A stretch of 64,000 nt of DNA from NCBI GenBank assembly GCA_023266095.1, contig JAHFRV010000012.1, forward strand, positions 5,042-69,041. Direction: 5' to 3'. Positions 57,862 through 64,000 of the stretch are shown in pieces. Each line of letters starts with the position of its first letter. Within the stretch, counting starts at the first letter, position 1. This DNA comes from Gammaproteobacteria bacterium (GTDB lineage Bacteria > Pseudomonadota > Gammaproteobacteria > DRLM01). The position numbers and the translations under genes were made by a program. A model generated the notes under the pieces. That model did not search any database. It was given only the letters and a program-made list of their open reading frames with translations, and was not told where the DNA came from.

Positions 57862-58080
57862 TCACCCCCACATGCTGTCGGGCAGCGAACAATCAAGCAG
57901 GTTTTTCGACGTGATTGGTCGCCGGAAAGGCTGATCGACCTCGTCTGCTTACTGACGCTGATGCTGCACAGTGCGCGCGGCATTGCGGTAAGCGCGCACG
58001 TGGAAGGGATGGTCACCAACAGATCGGCGATCTCGTTGAAGACGGTGGCGATGTCGGCGTTGTGGATGGGCGTATACCGA
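57862..58080 (-). pseudogene. PolX (family X DNA polymerase) N-terminal relic, ~70 codons with frameshift and stop
   Basis: Minus strand directly after the rtcB stop reads ..PIHNADIATVFNEIADLL. With a frame change it continues DHPFHVRAYRNAARTVQHQRQ*, the PolX N-terminal helix pattern (N.EIA..F.EIADLLE..G.NPFRVRAYR.AAR). No start codon, and the rest of the ~570-aa protein is absent. Confidence 0.5.
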
Positions 58081-58086
58081 TCCCCA

Positions 58087-59517
58087 TTATCCCTTCACTA
58101 CTATCATCGGCTCCAGCCGCGCCACGGTGCGCGCGAGGCCGGCCGCATCGGCGGCATCCACCACGGCCGTCACATCTTTGTATGTGCCCGGTGCTTCTTC
58201 CGCCACACCGCGCGACGAGGGGCTGCGTATTAGAATGCCGCGCGCGGCGAGTTCGTCGATCACTTCGCGGCCGTGCCATTGGCGAGTGGCCTGATGACGG
58301 CTCATGGCGCGGCCCGCGCCGTGGCACGCGGAGCTGAAGGCACGTGTCTCGCTGGTCTGCGTGCCGGCCAGAATGTAGGAAGCTGTGCCCATGGTGCCGC
58401 CGATGAGCACGGGCTGGCCCGTGGCCTTGAAGCTATCAGGCAACTCGGTATGGCCGGGGCCGAAGGCGCGGGTGGCGCCCTTGCGGTGGACGAACAGGTG
58501 TCGCTGCCTGCCGTCGATTTCATGTGTCTCCAGTTTGCAGGTATTGTGCGATACGTCGTACAACAACTTGAGATCGGCGCTGGGAAAGAGGTCGGAGAAG
58601 GCCTCGCGTACCCGATGGGTGAGTATCTGGCGATTGGCAAGCGCGCAGTTGATGGCCGCGCGCATGGCGCCGAGATAGCGTTGTCCCACGGGCGAGTTGA
58701 TGGGCGCGCAGGCGAGTTCCCGGTCTGGAAGTTCGATGCCGTATTGCCCCGCGGCAAGTGCCATGCTGCGCATAAACTCCGTGCCGATCTGATGACCCAG
58801 ACCGCGAGAACCGCAGTGTATGCTGACCACGACGTCGCCCTCTTTGAGGCCGAAGCTCTGTGCGATGTCGGGTGCATAGACGCGGGTTACCTGCTGTACC
58901 TCCAGGTAATGATTGCCGGAACCGAGTGTGCCCATCTCGTCATGCTGACGTTTCTTCGCGTGTTCGGATACCTCGTGCGGTTCCGCGCCTGCCATGCAGC
59001 CGTATTCCTCGATACGCTCCAGATCGGCGGCGCGGCCATAACCACGTTCCACCGCCCAGCGCGCGCCGCCGCGCAGCATGGCGTTCATCTCGTCGCCATT
59101 CAAGCGCAGCGGTCCGGTGCTGCCTACGCCCGCAGGAATCTTGTAATACAGCAGATCCGCAAGCTGCTTTTGCACCGGATAAATATCCTCACGCGTGAGT
59201 CCCGTCAGCAGATTACGCACGCCGCAGGAGATATCGAAACCCACGCCGCCTGCCGACACCACGCCGCCCGCGTCAGGGTCGAAGGCGGCGACGCCGCCGA
59301 TGGGGAAGCCGTAACCCCAGTGCGCGTCGGGCATGGCATAGGCCGCCTGAACGATGCCGGGCAGCATGGCCAAGTTGGTGATCTGCTCATAGACCTTGTG
59401 GTCCATGTCGCGGATCAGGCTTTCGGTGGCGAAAATAATGGCCGGCACGTGCATCCTGGATGTGGGTTCGATGCGCCAGGCGGTGGGTGAGCATTGGGTG
59501 AATTGCGAGATATCCAT
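58087..59517 (-). CDS. rtcB: RNA 3'-phosphate ligase RtcB (long, archaeal/eukaryal-like form)
   Basis: 476 aa. PDAHWGYGFPIGGV, GFDISCG, HCGSRGLGH and SACHGAGR metal/GMP-His motifs. Confidence 0.93.
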   Translation of the reverse strand: MDISQFTQCSPTAWRIEPTSRMHVPAIIFATESLIRDMDHKVYEQITNLAMLPGIVQAAYAMPDAHWGYGFPIGGVAAFDPDAGGVVSAGGVGFDISCGVRNLLTGLTREDIYPVQKQLADLLYYKIPAGVGSTGPLRLNGDEMNAMLRGGARWAVERGYGRAADLERIEEYGCMAGAEPHEVSEHAKKRQHDEMGTLGSGNHYLEVQQVTRVYAPDIAQSFGLKEGDVVVSIHCGSRGLGHQIGTEFMRSMALAAGQYGIELPDRELACAPINSPVGQRYLGAMRAAINCALANRQILTHRVREAFSDLFPSADLKLLYDVSHNTCKLETHEIDGRQRHLFVHRKGATRAFGPGHTELPDSFKATGQPVLIGGTMGTASYILAGTQTSETRAFSSACHGAGRAMSRHQATRQWHGREVIDELAARGILIRSPSSRGVAEEAPGTYKDVTAVVDAADAAGLARTVARLEPMIVVKG

Positions 59518-59536
59518 GTCTTTATGTCCTTATGGT

Positions 59537-59965
59537 TCACACGTCGACGACGCACTGCGCCGTCCACAGTCCGTCCCGCTTTCCCACGTGGAGTTGAGTA
59601 TAGGTCGCGCCCTTGACCTCGACGGCGGGTTGGTGCCGGGCTACATCAGTGTGTTCGCCCCAGGCGCGGGCAGTGAGGCGGCCATCGGCGATGTTCACTT
59701 CGAAACGGCTGAACAACATCTTGCGCGTGGCCATTTCAAAGATCAGGGCGTTGAGAAAATCGACCAGCAACAGCTCGTCATCCGGCGCTTCGGCGGTAAT
59801 GGTGATTTGTTCAAGGGGTTCGATGGTATTCGGTTGCGTGATGACTGCAGTTAGGGCCAGTGCGGCTTGTGCAAAGGCTTCCGCTTTGGTCGAGGCAATA
59901 CCGCGCACACCCATATCCGCCTCATGCGGGAAATGCTCCCAGCGGCAAACCATGTTGGATGTCAT
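59537..59965 (-). CDS. archease (RtcB cofactor)
   Basis: 142 aa. WEHFPHEADMGVRG N-terminus and C-terminal VKGATY.......W...VVDV. 19 nt upstream of rtcB. Confidence 0.85.
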   Translation of the reverse strand: MTSNMVCRWEHFPHEADMGVRGIASTKAEAFAQAALALTAVITQPNTIEPLEQITITAEAPDDELLLVDFLNALIFEMATRKMLFSRFEVNIADGRLTARAWGEHTDVARHQPAVEVKGATYTQLHVGKRDGLWTAQCVVDV

Positions 59966-59990
59966 GGTGATCTTCCGTCGGCATCATTGC

Positions 59991-61007
59991 TTAACTGCGC
60001 ACCGTGAAACGAGTATCCAACACCTTGAGTTTTTCCATGATGCCGGTGTATTCCAGCTCGGACATCGGCAGCATGGCCGCGCCGAAAAAGCCTTGACGAC
60101 GCATTTGTTGCGCCTTGTCGGCGACGCGGTCGCGTACGCTATTCCAGAAGGGATGGGCGAACGCATCCCATGCCTCTGTCAACTTGCCATGGTGTTCGGC
60201 AAAGGCCGCGCAGCTCACCAGGGGCGGGCCGTCGAAATAGCTGGTGCCGGTATTGAGCAGAACCGGCATCAGCGGCATCTGGTGCGAGCCGCGCATGCAA
60301 CCGGCGACGAAATGGCCGATGGAATAGGGCGCCAGCACTTCGTCGGTGGCGGGGAAATTCATTTGCACGCGTACCAGCATCACCGGGTCATCCTTGCCGG
60401 TATATTTGCCGGCGATATTGTGCAGGCGCGAGGTTGCCACCGCCACCGCCTGTTCGCCACTGGCGCGCGACCAGATCGACTCCACCACGTAACGCTCGGC
60501 ATCGCGTAGCAGGGCGGCGATGTCGTAGATTTGCTCGGGCGCGTTCAACTCGATGACGCGATCGCCTTCGGTGTTGTTGACGTCCATGATGACGAATCGG
60601 AAACCTTTGGACATATTCGGCGAGAGGATCAGCCCCGGCGTGTTCATGGCATCGGCGAATGCCAGATAAAGCGGCAGATTGAAGGCGCCGGGGTCGGTTT
60701 TGTCGGCGGCGAAAAAAAGAAAAGGCTCGTTAGGACGCTCGTCAATCTCCATTTCCGCTACCGCCGGACCCATGCCCCTGACATTGCCTGAAAAAGCGTC
60801 TTTCAGCAGATCTTGCCCCGCGCCGTACAAACCCTGTTCCTTGGCAACCGCCGTGCCGGTAATGAAGGCATCCCATGCCAGCTTGTGGATATGCTCATTC
60901 CCCATACCGTGAATATGGGTCATGAGGATCGCAATATCATCACCGGTATGGCTGATATAACTATCGATAATCAATCCACGCCCGTGTTCCTGCACGTGAG
61001 TCCGCAC
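59991..61007 (-). CDS. fructose-1,6-bisphosphate aldolase/phosphatase (class V FBPase), N-terminally truncated; possible pseudogene
   Basis: Strong colinear match to archaeal-type FBP aldolase/phosphatase (GDDIAILMTH, GQDLLKDAFSGNVRGMGPAVAEMEI, ADKTDPGAFNLPLY, AGKYTGKDDPVMLVR, MRGSH..PLMPV). The longest ORF starts at GTG 61007, ~30 residues into the family alignment. An in-frame TAA lies at 61044-61046. Confidence 0.75.
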   Translation of the reverse strand: MRTHVQEHGRGLIIDSYISHTGDDIAILMTHIHGMGNEHIHKLAWDAFITGTAVAKEQGLYGAGQDLLKDAFSGNVRGMGPAVAEMEIDERPNEPFLFFAADKTDPGAFNLPLYLAFADAMNTPGLILSPNMSKGFRFVIMDVNNTEGDRVIELNAPEQIYDIAALLRDAERYVVESIWSRASGEQAVAVATSRLHNIAGKYTGKDDPVMLVRVQMNFPATDEVLAPYSIGHFVAGCMRGSHQMPLMPVLLNTGTSYFDGPPLVSCAAFAEHHGKLTEAWDAFAHPFWNSVRDRVADKAQQMRRQGFFGAAMLPMSELEYTGIMEKLKVLDTRFTVRS

Positions 61008-61180
61008 CGTTTCGAGCAGGCGCTGCGAAGGCGCGCTGTCTCGTTATTCAACGGCGCCGGGCAAGGCCTGGCCATCGTGCACTCGTTATCATCGCGAACG
61101 TTCGCCTCCGCATAAGCCGAGCCCGGGAAAAGCAAGACGATAACGATGACCAAGAGTGGTACGGTGCTGGACGTTGACAT
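60971..61180 (-). CDS. speculative small secreted Cys-rich peptide ORF
   Basis: MSTSSTVPLLVIVIVLLFPGSAYA-EANVRDDNEC..RPC..SAC..KRC..LTC looks like a signal peptide followed by 5 Cys. No clear SD, and it overlaps the FBPase-frame relic, so it may be fortuitous. Confidence 0.2.
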   Translation of the reverse strand: MSTSSTVPLLVIVIVLLFPGSAYAEANVRDDNECTMARPCPAPLNNETARLRSACSKRCGLTCRNTGVD

Positions 61181-61238
61181 GCTGGGTAGACGATGTAGCA
61201 TCCCAATGAGTACTCGAAGTGGCGCGCGGATAGATGAA

Positions 61239-61263
61239 GGGTAGCATGGCAGCGCGGACGCAG
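61239..61263 (+). repeat. partial third copy (3' end) of the 108-nt repeat
   Basis: gggtagcatggcagcgcggacgcag versus copy A ggtagccatg...gtggcggacgcag and copy B gggtagccc...ggggcggacgcag. Same orientation. Confidence 0.4.
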
Positions 61264-61281
61264 AGAAAAAGTTAAGCGATT

Positions 61282-61671
61282 ATGTATCCGTACTTAGCGG
61301 ATTTGATTCTAATCCTGCATGCACTCTTCATTGCATTCGTGATGCTGGGCTTTTTTCTGATTTTGATCGGGATGTTCAGGCACTGGAACTGGATTAAGAA
61401 CTTATGGTTTAGGCTCATCCACCTGCTGGCAATCGGATTCGTCGTCGCAGAGTCGTGGTGGGGCGTAATATGTCCCCTCACTGAATGGGAGAGTCGTTTA
61501 AGAGAGGCGGCTGGCGGTGTCGGCTATGCGGAATCTTTTATCGAACACTGGCTGCATAAAATCGTGTTTTATAACTTGCCCTCGTGGGTCTTTACCGTTG
61601 CGTACACCGTATTCGGGATACTGGTGTTGATCGTCTGGATACGTGTACCACCGAGATACTCACGGAGGTGA
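61282..61671 (+). CDS. DUF2784-family small membrane protein
   Basis: 129 aa, 4 hydrophobic segments, conserved CPLT.WE motif (GVICPLTEWE). Lower GC than its neighbours. Confidence 0.7.
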   Translation: MYPYLADLILILHALFIAFVMLGFFLILIGMFRHWNWIKNLWFRLIHLLAIGFVVAESWWGVICPLTEWESRLREAAGGVGYAESFIEHWLHKIVFYNLPSWVFTVAYTVFGILVLIVWIRVPPRYSRR

Positions 61672-61693
61672 GCAGGCCTCCCTAGTGATATAG

Positions 61694-62525
61694 ATTGATT
61701 GCTCTGATGGCGAAGGCGGCGGGCAACTGGCGCGCGCGGTGGCCGCGCAGTGTGGCGCGAATGTCGCCGATGTCGCTTTGGGCGCGACCGAATTCGAATT
61801 TCCCCCCGGCGCCTTGCGTGCAGGTCATTACAACTGGGACGTAGGCACGGCCGGCAGCATCCCCCTGGTGTTGCATGCGGCCTTGCCTCTGGCCACTGGA
61901 TTATTTTCTATAAGTCTTTTTACCTTTACTCACGCGCATGGGCGCGAGTATCAGGGCCACGGTGGTGCGCCGCGGCGACTATCTCCGCGGCGGGCCTCGT
62001 CGACCTCGAAATTTGGCCTGGGCATCCATTGCCTCCCTTGTGTCGCGAAACACCCGGCGCGCTGCAAGCCGTGACCGCGTATGCCCATGTCACCAACCTG
62101 CCTCAGCACATCATCGACCGCCTATGCGCAGCTGCGGCCAGTCACTTGCAAGGATCGTCTATGCAGGTCGATGCGCACGTGCTCGGCCGCGATCAGGCCA
62201 TAGGCCGGGGCGCTGACGCTGGTGGCACGCCGGGCGCATACTAGCCTGGGCGCGGGAGTGACGATGGAGCGCGGAGTTCCTGCCGAGCAACTCGGTGCGC
62301 AGGTGCTACAGCCAGAGCTGGCCGCAGGTGCAACGCTGGATATCCATGCCGCGGTTCAGTTGTCGCTCTACATGGCCTTGGCGCGCGGCCGGTCGGCGTT
62401 TCGCGTGCTCGAGCTGAGTTCGCGCGCCCGCACCACGCTGTGGTTGCTGGAGCGGTTGTTTCCTTTTGCAGCGTCGTGTGAGGCAGCAGGAGGCGCTTAT
62501 GGATGTGGAAGTGCAGTGCCGATGA
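61694..62525 (+). pseudogene. rtcA: RNA 3'-terminal phosphate cyclase RtcA, multiply disrupted
   Basis: Pieces in three frames align colinearly to RtcA. IDCSDGEGGGQ|LARAVAAQCGANV.. carries an in-frame ~33-aa deletion. Next comes FPPGALRAGHYNWDVGTAGSIPLVLHAALPLA, then AT-rich filler at 61899-61935 replacing ~45 aa. Further pieces are GASIRATVVRRGDYLRGGG, LVDLEI..LQAVTAYAHVTNLPQHIIDR, ALTLVARR..ERGVPAEQLGAQV and ..TTLWLLERLFPF. The start codon is lost (TAG at 61691-61693). Confidence 0.7.
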
Positions 62526-64000
62526 ACACGGACGATCAAGTCAAAGCGCTGCTTGATCTCGTAGCGACACTGGCCGCCGAATTGCGTCCCGGCCTGCGCA
62601 CGGCGGTGACGCTGGACAGCGCGCTGGATCGCGATCTTGGCTTCGACAGCCTGGCGCGGGTCGAGCTGTTGCTGCGCTGCGAGCGTTTCTTCAATGTGAA
62701 TCTGCCGGAACAGACGCTGGCGACGGTGGAGACACCGCGCGATCTGCTGCGCGCCGTGCTGTCCGCCGGCGTCGCACCGCGGCCGCTGACGGCGGCGGAA
62801 ATGAGCGAGATCGTTGTTGAGCAGGTGAGCGCCACGCCCGAGCGCGCCGCCACCCTGCTGGAGATGCTCGATTGGCATGTGGCCGCCCACGGTGAGCGCA
62901 CGCACATCGTGCTCTCCGAAGAGACGGGCGAAGAGCTGCTCAGCTATCAGGCGTTGCGCGTAGGGGCGGAGGCGCTGGCAGCGGGACTGCAAAGCCATGA
63001 TATGCAGCCCGGCCAGACCGTGGCGATCATGCTGCCGACCGGCCGCGACTATTTTTACAGTTTCTACGGTGTGCTGCTGGCCGGTGCCATCCCCGTGCCC
63101 ATCTATCCGCCCGCGCGCCTGTCGCAGATCGAGGATCATCTGCGCCGCCATGCGGGTATTCTCAACAATGCCGCGGCCACGCTGTTGATCACCGTGCCCG
63201 AAGCGCGGCCGCTGGCGCAGCTGCTCAAGTCCCACGTGGAAAGCCTGCGCTCTGTGGCAACGCCACAGGAACTTTCAAGCTCAGGGACCAGCCTAGTCCG
63301 CGTCGCGCGCAAGGCCGACGACATCGCGCTGTTGCAATACACCTCCGCCAGCACCGGCAATCCCAAGGGCGTGGTGCTGACCCATGCCAATTTACTCGCC
63401 AACATCCGGGCGATGGGACGGGCGGCGCAGGCGGAGGCCTCGGACATATTCGTGAGCTGGCTGCCGCTTTATCACGACATGGGCCTGATCGGCGCCTGGC
63501 TGGGCACCCTGTATCACGCCATTCCCTTCGTCGTCATGTCGCCGCTCAGCTTTCTCGCGCGTCCCGAGCGCTGGTTGTGGGCCATCCATCACCACCGCGG
63601 CACGCTGTCGGCGGCGCCCAACTTCGCCTACGAGTTATGCCTGCGCAAGATCGACGATCGCGCCATTGCAGGATTGGATCTGAGTAGTTGGCGCATGGCC
63701 TTCAACGGCGCCGAGCCGGTGAGTCCCGACACTATCGTGAATTTCCAGCAGCGCTACGGCCGTTACGGCCTGCGCGCCGAGACCCTCGCGCCGGTGTATG
63801 GCCTCGCCGAATCGGCGGTGGGCCTCGCTTTTCCGCCCCCCGGCCGTGGCCCTATCATCGATCGTATCCGGCGCGAGCCGTTCATGCGCACGGTCTGGCC
63901 ACTCCCGCCGCCGAGCATGAAGCCGATGCGTTGCGTTTCGTGGCGTGCGGCCGGCCACTGCCCGGCCACGCTATCCGCATCGTCGATGCCGCCGGCCATG
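62522..64000 (+). CDS. acyl carrier domain fused to fatty acyl-AMP ligase (FAAL-type adenylation domain); 3' partial, apparent frameshift near 63890
   Basis: Open-ended ORF absent from the track. PP-binding site LDRDLGFDSLARVELL, then AMP-binding motifs LQYTSASTGNPKGVVLTH, YHDMGLI and YGLAESAV. The last 100 nt match the family (GLATPAAEHEADALRFVACGRPLPGHAIRIVDAAGH) only in a frame shifted by one nucleotide. Confidence 0.8.
   Translation, partial: MNTDDQVKALLDLVATLAAELRPGLRTAVTLDSALDRDLGFDSLARVELLLRCERFFNVNLPEQTLATVETPRDLLRAVLSAGVAPRPLTAAEMSEIVVEQVSATPERAATLLEMLDWHVAAHGERTHIVLSEETGEELLSYQALRVGAEALAAGLQSHDMQPGQTVAIMLPTGRDYFYSFYGVLLAGAIPVPIYPPARLSQIEDHLRRHAGILNNAAATLLITVPEARPLAQLLKSHVESLRSVATPQELSSSGTSLVRVARKADDIALLQYTSASTGNPKGVVLTHANLLANIRAMGRAAQAEASDIFVSWLPLYHDMGLIGAWLGTLYHAIPFVVMSPLSFLARPERWLWAIHHHRGTLSAAPNFAYELCLRKIDDRAIAGLDLSSWRMAFNGAEPVSPDTIVNFQQRYGRYGLRAETLAPVYGLAESAVGLAFPPPGRGPIIDRIRREPFMRTVWPLPPPSMKPMRCVSWRAAGHCPATLSASSMPPAM

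Noticed and set aside
59518-61100. Sigma54 promoter or RtcR-type control for the rtcB cluster.
   Set aside because: No TGGCAC-N5-TTGC element was found upstream of rtcB, archease or the FBPase gene, and no rtcR-like gene is in the window. The native upstream region has been replaced by the cassette.

Overview
High-GC bacterial chromosome segment with gammaproteobacterial gene order: uvrA/ssb, yciB-yciI-bolA, and yceD-rpmF-plsX-fabHDG-acpP-fabF-pabBC-mltG-tmk-holB-pilZ-tatD. About 60 genes are ordinary housekeeping: DNA repair, sucCD, nadE-glnB, acnA, trpS, scpAB, rluB, lolCDE-type genes, metE/metR, class Ia nrdAB, two-subunit pyruvate carboxylase and the fatty-acid synthesis cluster. I saw no rRNA, tRNA or CRISPR array. 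The unusual content sits in four lower-GC patches.

- **9.3-12.6 kb:** a graveyard of nested IS remnants (IS481-like, IS3-like, IS110-like). It also holds a 105-bp MITE-like inverted-repeat element, an AT-rich truncated sensor kinase and an nhaA N-terminal relic.
- **18.6-19.2 kb:** an unclassifiable frameshifted relic.
- **41.4-41.8 kb:** an AT-rich spacer with a solo IS-end motif.
- **57.8-62.5 kb:** a decaying archaeal-flavoured end-healing/sealing island. Intact rtcB and archease are co-oriented with an N-terminally truncated fructose-1,6-bisphosphate aldolase/phosphatase. They are flanked by a polX relic and a multiply broken rtcA, and split by a ~0.6 kb lower-GC cassette carrying a DUF2784 gene.

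Other signals:
- A cobalamin riboswitch drives nrdAB, not metE.
- A ~108-nt repeat occurs twice in full (10.5 kb, 19.0 kb), with a partial third copy at 61.2 kb. All three are in the same orientation and abut lower-GC DNA.
- An unannotated 57-codon Cys-rich ORF plus a small membrane ORF lie downstream of nrdB.
- A near-consensus promoter would make yceD leaderless.
- An ACP-fatty-acyl-AMP-ligase gene runs off the window edge with an apparent frameshift.

I did not find a convincing, complete novel multi-gene system. The best candidates for follow-up are the 108-nt repeat family and the FBP aldolase/phosphatase-archease-RtcB cluster. All family assignments rest on reading the translations by eye, with no database search.
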